DNA of 61,750 nucleotides, counting the filler, from Chthonomonadaceae bacterium (lineage in GTDB: Bacteria > Armatimonadota > Chthonomonadetes > Chthonomonadales > Chthonomonadaceae), in NCBI GenBank assembly GCA_035650735.1. It is 3 parts of 3 records of this genome, joined end to end, with 100 filler letters (N's around TTAATTAATTAA, not from the genome) between each part and the next. Parts side by side here need not be neighbours in the genome. Positions count along the whole stretch, not along the records: positions 30,931 to 50,398 come from DASRGZ010000068.1; 2 more parts are not named here. One strand, written 5' to 3'. Each line of letters begins with the position of its first letter. Positions within the stretch are counted from its first letter, which is position 1. Shown in pieces: positions 37,830 through 46,515 of this stretch. Made by a program: the position numbers and the translations under genes. A model generated the notes under the pieces. The model searched no databases, had not been told where the DNA came from, and saw nothing but the letters and a program-made list of their open reading frames with translations.

Positions 37830-38852
37830 ATGGCCGAGGTAGTCTGCCTGGGCGAAGCGCTGATTGATTTTGTGGCGATGCAGAGCGGCGTCGAAGTGGG
37901 CGCGGCGTCCAGTTTCGTGCGCGCGCCGGGGGGCGCTCCGGCCAATGTCGCCGTCGGCGTCGCCAGGCTGGGGCACACCAGCGCGTTTCTCGGCAAGGTT
38001 GGCGACGACCCCTTCGGGCGGTTCCTGGCGGAGACGTTGGCGCAGGCCGGCGTGGATACGGGCGGCATGGTGCTCGACCCAGTGCATCGCACCGGACTGG
38101 CCTTCGTGTCGCTCACCGCCGACGGTGAACGGGATTTCTGCTTCTTCCGCCACCCCAGCGCGGATAGCACCTATGCGCCGGAAGAGCTGGACCGCGCCCG
38201 CATCGCCTCCGGGCGCATCTTCCATTTTGGCTCCATTACCCTGATAGAAGAACCGGCCCGCTCCACAACGCTGGCCGCCTTGGGAGAGGCACGCGCGGCC
38301 AACCTGCTCGTCTCCTACGATCCCAACCTGCGTCCCCCTCTCTGGCCCGACCTCACCGCCGCACGAAAAGGTATCCTGCACGCCGCGCCGTTTGCCGATA
38401 TAGTAAAGGTAAGCGAGGAAGAGCTGGTCTTCCTGATGGAAGAGGGCGATAAGGTTCCCGATCCGCCCATTGCGGAGGAGCGCGTTGCAGCCAGCGCAGA
38501 GCGTTTTCTGGAGCAGCACCCGGAATTGAAGCTGCTTGCGGTGACGCGGGGAGCGCGCGGCTGTTCTTGGTGGACGCCGCATCGGGCCGGTAAGAGCTTG
38601 CCGGGCTTGCGCGTGCAGGCAGTGGATGCCACCGGCGCGGGCGATGGGTTTGTCGCCGGGCTGCTGGTGGGCCTGCTGGAGCGCCATCTGGCGGAGGGCA
38701 AGAAGCTGGCGACGGCAGAGGAGTCGGCGCTGGAGGCGGTTCTCACCCAGGCCAATGCGGTTGGCGCCCTCACGGTAACCCAGAAGGGGGCCATTCCGGC
38801 CCTGCCGACGGCGGCGCAATTAGCGCAGTTCCGGCGTCAAGTCGGGGCCTAG
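37830..38852 (+). CDS. PfkB family carbohydrate kinase (fructokinase-like)
   Basis: LGEALIDF, PGGAPANVA, SYDPNLR, VDATGAGDGFVAG. Confidence 0.93.
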   Translation: MAEVVCLGEALIDFVAMQSGVEVGAASSFVRAPGGAPANVAVGVARLGHTSAFLGKVGDDPFGRFLAETLAQAGVDTGGMVLDPVHRTGLAFVSLTADGERDFCFFRHPSADSTYAPEELDRARIASGRIFHFGSITLIEEPARSTTLAALGEARAANLLVSYDPNLRPPLWPDLTAARKGILHAAPFADIVKVSEEELVFLMEEGDKVPDPPIAEERVAASAERFLEQHPELKLLAVTRGARGCSWWTPHRAGKSLPGLRVQAVDATGAGDGFVAGLLVGLLERHLAEGKKLATAEESALEAVLTQANAVGALTVTQKGAIPALPTAAQLAQFRRQVGA

Positions 38853-38854
38853 CA

Positions 38855-38973
38855 ACCTCACCCTTAACCAACCTCACCCTGGCCTGCGGCCACCCCTCTC
38901 CTTAGCAAGGAGAGGGGCCTGCCTATCCACACTCTCCCCTCTCCTTCGTAAGGAGAGGGGCCGGGGGTGAGGT
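38855..38973. repeat. Pair of REP-like palindromes (CCCCTCTCCTT-N3/4-AAGGAGAGGGG)
   Basis: Same unit as at 19411-19446; located immediately after the stop codon. Confidence 0.85.
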
Positions 38974-39004
38974 CGCTCGATTCACTCTAAATAAGGAAGT
39001 CTGC

Positions 39005-39610
39005 ATGACGTATTGGATGGCGGGCGCACGCAGGACGGCACGCTCTAGCGGGAAAGCAGCGGCAAAACATTCACCGGCGAGCGCAATCCCTGCCGTGCGG
39101 CGAGGCCGGAGGCAGTTCGGGCTGATGGTCATAGGCGCGGTTGGCGTTCTGGTGGGAATGCGGATGGGGCCTGCCCATCGCGGCGCGCAAGCCCCGGCAT
39201 GGACGGAGCGGACGCTGGCGGGAACGTGGGAACTGCAATCTATCAAAGGGGATCCGGTTGGGCCGAACGCCGATTCGGTAATCTTATCGCAGCGGGTTAC
39301 GTTTCAAGCCGGAAAGTTGACGGGAGAGACGCATTTGCGCGCGAACACCGACGCGGCAACGACAGCCATGCCCTTCCCCGATCAAAGCGTGCGCAAAGTG
39401 ATCCCCGGCGCGCTCAGCCAGGATGTCACCGTAACCTGGGATGGAACGTATAAACTACTGGATAGGAATCGGATTGAGCTTCAAATCGGGAAGGCGAATT
39501 ATCGGGCTGCCGTCACCCTCAACCCGCAGGCGCATACGATGGAGGCGGACCACGATATTATCCTGACCTATCCAGGGCCGGCGCGCTACCGGTCCCTGCC
39601 ACAAAGATAG
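39005..39610 (+). CDS. Hypothetical membrane-anchored protein
   Basis: AAGGA RBS; one hydrophobic segment, then LAGTWELQSI beta-rich domain. Confidence 0.65.
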   Translation: MTYWMAGARRTARSSGKAAAKHSPASAIPAVRRGRRQFGLMVIGAVGVLVGMRMGPAHRGAQAPAWTERTLAGTWELQSIKGDPVGPNADSVILSQRVTFQAGKLTGETHLRANTDAATTAMPFPDQSVRKVIPGALSQDVTVTWDGTYKLLDRNRIELQIGKANYRAAVTLNPQAHTMEADHDIILTYPGPARYRSLPQR

Positions 39611-39713
39611 CAGTCCGATCTCCATGGCGCTGCCCTGCGGAAGAAGGAAGCGATGCACGCCGTGCCGAAATTATAGCATCTATTCCGTTGGAAGCTTCAG
39701 GAGTGCGGGGAAC

Positions 39714-40073
39714 ATGGACGAGCGTGAGGAATTTGGCGGCAAATCGAGGCTGGATAAATTTCGGGCGGCGGTTCGGCAGGAGTTTGGTCGTAATCTCGAA
39801 AAAGCCACGCCTGCGAACGTGCGCGAGTTCATGGACCGCTACCAGGAAGAGATTTTCGAGGGCAGCATCCGCGAGCGCTTCGAGCTAAACGAGCCGAAGA
39901 CCACCTACGAAGAGATCCTCAAGGACTTCTTTGCCCGCGTGCTGGATCGCCCCTCCGACGAAGCCCTGATTATGCTCTGGACCATCGCGTTTGAGATGTC
40001 GTTTGCTGCCATCGAGCAGCACCTCTCGCTGCGCCTGGAGCCTCTCTTTGGGGACCTGAACGACAGCGAGTAG
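39714..40073 (+). CDS. Hypothetical protein
   Basis: AGGAG RBS upstream, GC3-rich codon usage, 119 aa starting MDEREEF. Confidence 0.7.
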   Translation: MDEREEFGGKSRLDKFRAAVRQEFGRNLEKATPANVREFMDRYQEEIFEGSIRERFELNEPKTTYEEILKDFFARVLDRPSDEALIMLWTIAFEMSFAAIEQHLSLRLEPLFGDLNDSE

Positions 40074-40252
40074 CCCCGAATCCTCCTCCAATTACACTGC
40101 TGTTCCACAAGATGAAGTCGCTCGGTCGCTATGGCCGGGCGGCTTTTCGTTTAGTAGAAGAATGTGAAATAGTTCACATTTGCCCATCCTTAACGAAACC
40201 CTATCAGACAAGGGCCGTATTCTTGGCGAATACCTCTTACAAAGGAGCCGCC

Positions 40253-41931
40253 GTGAAAACCATTCCCCTTTCCGCCCTTGCCTTGCTGCTTACCTGGCCT
40301 GCCGTCTCTCATGCCGACAGTGTGAACGATTACGTTCGGGAGCAGATGCGCAAGCAGCATATTCCGGGCCTCTCCCTGGCCGTCCTCAAAGACAGCAGCC
40401 TCATCAAAGTCAGGGGCTACGGGTTTGCCAACCTGGAACTGCACTCCCCTGCCAGGCCGGAAACGGCTTACCAGTTAGCTTCGGTTACCAAACAGTTCGT
40501 GGCAGCGGCGATCATGCTGCTGGTGCAGGATGGGAAGATCGGCCTTGATGATAAGATCAGCACCTACCTGAGTGATAGTCCTGCGGCCTGGAAGGACATC
40601 ACCGTGCGTCATCTTCTGACGCACACCTCCGGCATTAAGGACTACCTGAACGAGCTGCATGAGAATACGCGACAGGACACAACCCCGGAAAAGATCATCC
40701 AAAGCTCACCCAACTGCCCCTCAACTTCCCGCCCGGCCAACGCTGGTCATATAGCAACACGGGATATGTCCTGCTGGGCATGATTATACAGAAGGTCAGC
40801 GGCAAGACCTACGATGCCTTCCTGGCGGAACGGGCCTTCAAGCCGTCAGGGATGACCGCCACACGCCGCAGCAGCCTGGAGGACATCATCCCCGGACGGG
40901 CCGCAGGTTATGTCTGGGAACATGGCAAGATACGCAACAGCGAATACCTCAATCCTACCCTCTGGGACAACGGCGATGGCGGAATGCTTTCGACGGCGCT
41001 GGATTTAGCCCGATGGAATGCCGCTCTGGACGGCGACAGTCTGTTGAGCGCCTCCAGTAAACAGGCTATGTGGACGCCCGTGAAGCTGGCTAACGGCTCA
41101 ACCTATGCGTATGGCTTTGGCTGGGGCGTGGAGGAGGTCAACGGGCACAAGCGTATCTCCCATAGCGGGGGACGGCCCGGCGCGGCAACAGTAATCGCCC
41201 GCTATCCCGGCGATAAACTGACCGTGATCGTCCTCACCAACGGCGGGGCTGCCAACCCCGACACGCTCGCTCAAGGCATCGCGCGGCGTTACGTTCCCGG
41301 CCTGCTGCCGCGCCAGAAAGAGGCCAAAGTCGCTGCTAACACGCTCGCCTCCTACGCGGGTTATTACAACGCTTTCGGCGGGGCGCTCAAAGTCACAGTA
41401 GACAAGGGACATCTTCTCTTCTGGATGGGCGACCGTCTGTTGGATGAGTTCTTGCCTGTTTCCGAAACCAGGTTTGTCTCGGAAGAGGCCCACCGCGAGT
41501 TTGAGATCAAGAAAGCCGCCTCTGGAGCAGTCACGGGAATGCGTCTTCGTATGGGGACGCAGGAGATGCAGCTTGAGCGTATCGGTCCACTGGTTCAGAC
41601 GCTCAAGGGACAGATAGCGGGCGGGCCGACAGCAAATCCTCAAGCAGAGACGGTGCTCGCGGCGCTGGCGCAGGGCCAGAAACTTGAAAGCCAATGCGTC
41701 ACGAAAGGGCTATGCAAAGACATCCCTGGTTCCCTACCTGAGTTGGCAGGCGTACAGTCTTTCGCTTTTCTTGCCGCCCAGGATTGCGCACTCGGTTCTA
41801 TAGAGCGGCATGGCAGCAAAGTAAATCGCGTTCTCTACTACAAAGCGCTGCGCGGCCAGGAGAGCAAATATGTCCTGGTTTACCTGACCGCCGAAGGACT
41901 GGTCACAGACTTTGATTTCATCGAAGAATAG
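40253..41931 (+). pseudogene. Serine hydrolase (beta-lactamase class C/PBP-like) split by frameshifts near 40700-40735
   Basis: Signal peptide, ASVTK (SxxK), LLTHTSG, then out-of-frame PGQRWSYSNTGY and HSGG; two single-base losses in short homopolymers restore the frame. Confidence 0.8.
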
Positions 41932-41933
41932 AC

Positions 41934-42830
41934 TCAGCCTTTGATTCCCGTCAGAGTCACGCCCTGAATAAAGGTCCGCTGCGCCAGGAAGAAGACGATG
42001 ATGATCGGCACGGTCATAACGGTAGAGGCTGCCATCAGCATTCCCCACTCCGCCCCGTGCTGGCTCACAAAGCGCTGCAAGCCCAGGGAGAGCGTATAGG
42101 TGCGCTCGTCATTGAGGTAGAGCAGCGGGCCGAGGAAGTCGTTCCAGGTGCCAATAAACGTAAAGAGCGCCACGGTCGCCAGCGCCGGACGCGCCAGCGG
42201 CAGGATGACGCGGGCATAGGTGCCGAACTCCGTGCAGCCGTCTATGCGGGCGGCGTCGGAGAGCTCGTTGGGAATGGTCATAAAGAACTGCCGCAGCAGG
42301 AAGATGTTGAACGCGCTGCCGAAGAAGGCCGGCACCCAGAGCGGCTTGTAGGAGCCGATCCAGCCCAGCCACTTGAAGATGGCGAAGGTCGGGATCATAG
42401 TCACCTGGCCGGGTAGGATCATGGTCGCCAGCAGGGAAGCGAACACCCACTCCCGCCCCCGCCAGCGGATCTTGGCCAGGCTGTAGGCGACCAGCGAGCA
42501 GGAGAGCACCGTCCCGACCACATTCAGCGCGCAGAGCAGCAGCGTGTTCAGCGTGTATTGCAGGAACGGAATATAGGTCAGGGCGTGCGGATAGTTGCGC
42601 CACTGGATCGGATGGGGCACCCAGACCGGCGGCATCTTAAAGACCTGCGCGTCCGGCTTGAGCGAGGTGCTGACCAGCCAGTAGAACGGCAGCCCGAAGA
42701 ACAGGCCGATTCCCAGCAGGGCGGCGTGCGCGCCGAGGGCGCGCAGAAAGGCGGTGCGGCGGCGTGCTCTCTGTCTCTCCTGCGCGGCAGAGGCGGCATG
42801 GACGGCGTTGGGCTTTTGCATCGTCAGCAT
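41934..42830 (-). CDS. Carbohydrate ABC transporter permease
   Basis: PFYWLVSTSLK, ELSDAARIDG (EAA motif), WNDFLGPL. Confidence 0.95.
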   Translation of the reverse strand: MLTMQKPNAVHAASAAQERQRARRRTAFLRALGAHAALLGIGLFFGLPFYWLVSTSLKPDAQVFKMPPVWVPHPIQWRNYPHALTYIPFLQYTLNTLLLCALNVVGTVLSCSLVAYSLAKIRWRGREWVFASLLATMILPGQVTMIPTFAIFKWLGWIGSYKPLWVPAFFGSAFNIFLLRQFFMTIPNELSDAARIDGCTEFGTYARVILPLARPALATVALFTFIGTWNDFLGPLLYLNDERTYTLSLGLQRFVSQHGAEWGMLMAASTVMTVPIIIVFFLAQRTFIQGVTLTGIKG

Positions 42831-42831
42831 C

Positions 42832-43746
42832 TCAGCGCGCCTCCCCGGCATAGTAGACCCACTTCGCCGACGAGCGGAAGATCAGCAGGGCGCAGGCCAG
42901 CGTGAGGAGGAACAGCACCCACGCCATCGCCGAGGCGTAGCCCATGCGGAAATCTGTGAAGGCACGGTTGAACAGGTGCAGCGCGTAGAAGAGGGTCGAA
43001 TCCTCCGGGCTGCCCGTGCCGCCGGTCATGACGTAGACCTGCGTGAAGTACTGGAAGGCGCCGATCAGCCCCATGATCAGGTTGAACAGGATGACCGGCG
43101 AGAGCATCGGCAGGGTGACGTGGCGGAACTGCGCCCACTTTCCCGCCCCGTCCAGCCGTGCCGCTTCGTAGAGGGCTTCGGGCACGTCCTGTAACCCGGC
43201 CAGGTAGATGACCATACCGCCGCCCGCGCCCCACAGGCCCATCAGGATCAGCGCAGGCTTGGCCCAGGCCGGGTCTTGCAGCCAGGCCGGGGAGTTGGCA
43301 ATACCGATCCTGCCCAGCAGAATGTTGACCAGCCCTATCTCCGGATTGAGCAGCCACAGCCACAGAATGGAGGTGGCGACTACCGGCGTGATGGAGGGCA
43401 GGTAGTAGAGCGTGCGATAGAAGGAGATGCCGCGCACTTTCTGGTTTAGCAGCAGGGCGATAGCCAGGCTCACCGCCAGCCCGATGGGCAGGCCAACGAC
43501 GACCATATAGAGCGTGTTCCAGAGCGCCTTCCAGAACAACGGGTCATCGAAGAGCATCTGTCGGTAGTTGTGCAGGCCGACCCAATGCGGGGGCCGGATG
43601 GCATCGTAGCTGCAAAAGCTATAGTAGAGCGAGGCGGCGATAGGATAGGCGGTAAAGACCAGCAGACCTATCAGCCAGGGCGCCGCAAACAGCAGCCCAT
43701 GGATCTGATCTTGCCGCCGCACTTTGCGCGTGGATTTCATCGGCAT
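42832..43746 (-). CDS. Carbohydrate ABC transporter permease
   Basis: VGLHNY, FYRTLYYLP, LYEAARLDGA, MGYASAMAW; start moved to MPMKSTRK after an AAGGA RBS. Confidence 0.93.
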   Translation of the reverse strand: MPMKSTRKVRRQDQIHGLLFAAPWLIGLLVFTAYPIAASLYYSFCSYDAIRPPHWVGLHNYRQMLFDDPLFWKALWNTLYMVVVGLPIGLAVSLAIALLLNQKVRGISFYRTLYYLPSITPVVATSILWLWLLNPEIGLVNILLGRIGIANSPAWLQDPAWAKPALILMGLWGAGGGMVIYLAGLQDVPEALYEAARLDGAGKWAQFRHVTLPMLSPVILFNLIMGLIGAFQYFTQVYVMTGGTGSPEDSTLFYALHLFNRAFTDFRMGYASAMAWVLFLLTLACALLIFRSSAKWVYYAGEAR

Positions 43747-43761
43747 AGCGTTCCTTGCTGC

Positions 43762-43923
43762 CCTTACCCCCCGGTCCCCTTCCCTACTCGCTCGTCCCTC
43801 GCTAGGGAAGGGGATGACCCGGCTTCTGCTCTCCCTTCTCCCTTGGGGGGAGAAGGGCCGGGGAGGAGGGGAGAACAAGGCTTCTCCCCTCCCGCAGCGC
43901 CGGGAGAATGGCCGGGGGTAAGG
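43762..43923. repeat. Cluster of REP-like palindromes inside the ABC operon
   Basis: CCCCTTCCCTA...TAGGGAAGGGG and CCCTTCTCCC-TTGG-GGGAGAAGGG units; shares CCCGGCTTCTGCTCTCCC with the 19207 region. Confidence 0.8.
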
Positions 43924-43932
43924 GCAGCAAAA

Positions 43933-45357
43933 TCATCGTAGATCGGCTAAGATTTCGTGTAGTTCGTCGGTCATGCGGCGCTGCAAGTCGTCCAGGAGAG
44001 CTTGCGGGTCGCCGCCGTGCATGGCCGCATCCTCCACACGCCCGATCTCGCGGGTATAGGTAGGCGCAATGGGCACGGGCGGCGGGCCAAATGAGTTTTC
44101 TCCGTTGACCAGCGCAATGGCGAAGCGGAACATCGGATCCCTCTGGAAGCGCGGATCCTGGCCGGACGCCTTGAGCGGCGGGCTGTTCTTGATGCCCCAG
44201 CAGAACTCGGTGACGGCGTGCGGGCTGGTGATCCAGTTCAGGAACTCCCAGGCTTCCCTTTTGTGCTTGCAGGCCACCGGGATCACGAAGACGCTGCCGC
44301 CCGCCGTCGTCGTGTTGGGGCGTCCCTCCGGCGGATAGGGCAGCGGAAACCACCCGTATTCCAGGTTCGGTGCGTAGCGGCGCAGGAACTCCTCCGACCA
44401 GTCGCCCGTAGTCCACATCGCCATCTTGCCTACAAAGAAGGGGCCGTTGGCCGTCTCGTTGCTGCCGAAAGTCGAGCGGAAGGCATCCAGGCGGCGGATG
44501 TCGTAGAGCTTCGCGTACGAGGCCATCCAGCGCAGCGCGTCCACGTTATGCGGATCGTTGGCGGTGATCCTCCCGGTCGCCGGATCGTACCACCTGCCGC
44601 CAAAGACGTAGGCCCATGTCTCCAGCCCTTCCGGTCGAAAGCCGTAGCGGAGGAAATGGCCCTGCGCGTCGTAGCGGGTGCAGGCTTTGGCGGCGCGGTC
44701 GAGCTCTTCGATGGTTCTAGGCGGACGATCCGGGTCTAATCCAGATTCCCGGAAGATTTGCTTATTGTAAACGATGAAGTTGGAGCCGGTGGTCGCGGCA
44801 AGCGCGTAGACGTGGCCGTTCACGCGCAGCATCCGGGCCACGCCCGGCGTGAACTCTCGATCCACGTCGCGCCCGGAGCGGCGCAGGTAATCGTCGAGCG
44901 GGGTCAGCACGCCGCGCATCGCATAGGCGGCCAGCTCGTTCGCCCAGACCGTAGACATCACATCTGGAGTGGAGCCGCCCGCGAAGGCGATCCGCACCTT
45001 CTGATAGCTGCCCGTGTTGTTGAACTGGGTCAGAATGCGGACGTGGATGTCCGGGTGCGTCCGGTTGAACTCGGCGATGAGCTTTTCCTGCGTCTCTAGC
45101 TCATGCCCGGACCAACCCGTCCAGTAGATGATCTCGGGCGGCCCCTGGCGCTGCCGCCCGCACCCCACCAGCAAGAGAACGCCCACCAGCCCAAGAAAAG
45201 CTAAATACCCAACAGGATTAACAGGATTTTTCAGGATGAACAGGATTTTAAAAGCCCTTAGAATCCTGTTGAGCCACCTACCTGACTCCGCCCTTGTATG
45301 GTAATCCTGTAAATCCTGAGTAATCCTGTTCATCCTGTTGAAGCGTCCTTGTTTCAT
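43933..45357 (-). CDS. Sugar ABC transporter substrate-binding lipoprotein
   Basis: LLLVGC lipobox, LIAEFNRTHPDIHV, PDVM, FFVGKMAM, AWEFLNWI; ATG overlaps the upstream TGA. Confidence 0.92.
   Translation of the reverse strand: MKQGRFNRMNRITQDLQDYHTRAESGRWLNRILRAFKILFILKNPVNPVGYLAFLGLVGVLLLVGCGRQRQGPPEIIYWTGWSGHELETQEKLIAEFNRTHPDIHVRILTQFNNTGSYQKVRIAFAGGSTPDVMSTVWANELAAYAMRGVLTPLDDYLRRSGRDVDREFTPGVARMLRVNGHVYALAATTGSNFIVYNKQIFRESGLDPDRPPRTIEELDRAAKACTRYDAQGHFLRYGFRPEGLETWAYVFGGRWYDPATGRITANDPHNVDALRWMASYAKLYDIRRLDAFRSTFGSNETANGPFFVGKMAMWTTGDWSEEFLRRYAPNLEYGWFPLPYPPEGRPNTTTAGGSVFVIPVACKHKREAWEFLNWITSPHAVTEFCWGIKNSPPLKASGQDPRFQRDPMFRFAIALVNGENSFGPPPVPIAPTYTREIGRVEDAAMHGGDPQALLDDLQRRMTDELHEILADLR
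45210..45340. repeat. AACAGGAT/ATCCTGTT palindromic repeat inside the 5' coding region
   Basis: CAACAGGATTAACAGGAT...ATCCTGTTCATCCTGTTG; same family as 37665-37806. Confidence 0.88.
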
Positions 45358-46211
45358 GCTTCTACCGGAACCCACACGCCGCCGCCCGCCTGGGATTTTT
45401 CCGCCCCTTCTAGAATGGCAACGACCGAGATCGCCTCTTGCGGCGTAATATCCGGTTGGCTGGTAGCGAAGAAATTCAGAACCGCCATCATCTGGTTGGC
45501 GTAAAACTGCTCGTACTGCTTGACCGTCGTGATGCGATAGCTGTTGCCGACGCGGATGCCAAGCTGCCAGGAGAAGACCTCATAGCCGTTATCGCAGGCG
45601 TGGACCTCGATGAGGGCACGGTGCCCGTCGCCGTAGTCCAGCGTGACAAAGCTATCGCCGGGAACGCCGGTATCTATGACGCGCCGGACGCCGCCGCCCA
45701 TCACCCGCACGACCGGCGAGACGGAGTGGATGCCGTAGCCTTTCCACTGACCCATGCCGCGCGAGTACATCGCCTGGATGGGCTGGGGCGCGTCGGCCAG
45801 CAACTCATTCAGTTCCTCGGCGTAGCGCAGAGCGGAGCAGCAGAGCAGCGGCGTGCGGTTCTTTTCTGCCTGTGCGACAATGGTGCGGGCCTCGGCAACC
45901 GTAGGGGCCAGGTACTTATCCACGAAGGTCGGCTTGCCCAGCGGCAGGACCTGATCGCAGAACGCCGGATGGACATCAATGTTATCCGGAGCGAGCACCA
46001 TGACCGCATCGGCATCGCGTGCAGCGTCCTGGGGCGAGGCGGCGCGACGGACCTTGTTCTTGACGCACCAGTCATCGCCGGTCGGGTTCGACTCCCAGGC
46101 GGCGACGATCTCGGCCTCCCTTCCCGCCCTGCCGGCGCGGATCAGGCGCAGGAAGACGTCCGCGTGATAGTTATTGAGGTGATGGTCTACCAGACCGATC
46201 CGAATAGCCAC
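45354..46211 (-). CDS. Gfo/Idh/MocA-like oxidoreductase
   Basis: IRIGLV, LGKPTFVDKYLAP, CSALRYA, YGIHSV. Confidence 0.8.
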   Translation of the reverse strand: MAIRIGLVDHHLNNYHADVFLRLIRAGRAGREAEIVAAWESNPTGDDWCVKNKVRRAASPQDAARDADAVMVLAPDNIDVHPAFCDQVLPLGKPTFVDKYLAPTVAEARTIVAQAEKNRTPLLCCSALRYAEELNELLADAPQPIQAMYSRGMGQWKGYGIHSVSPVVRVMGGGVRRVIDTGVPGDSFVTLDYGDGHRALIEVHACDNGYEVFSWQLGIRVGNSYRITTVKQYEQFYANQMMAVLNFFATSQPDITPQEAISVVAILEGAEKSQAGGGVWVPVEA

Positions 46212-46515
46212 AATCCTTCCCTTTCTGCTTTACCATAGGGTCCTTCTGTTTTTCCGGCACTCGAGGCCGGGCCATGAATGATCCGTCTGGTCCGCATCCC
46301 CAGCCGGGCATTAAAATACCCGTCTGGGTGGCCTACGGCCAAGCGTCCTCGCGGACGCCCCGTGCAGGCGGGTTCTTCCCGCTCTACAAAGGCAACCACC
46401 TATCGCCAGGATGGTGGTTCCGTCCGGAAGGACGGTTGGCGGCGTAGCCGCCCCCCAGCCGGGTACTTTCAGTGCCCGGCACGAGAGGGCTATGGGTGTT
46501 CATTTGCGGTTCATT

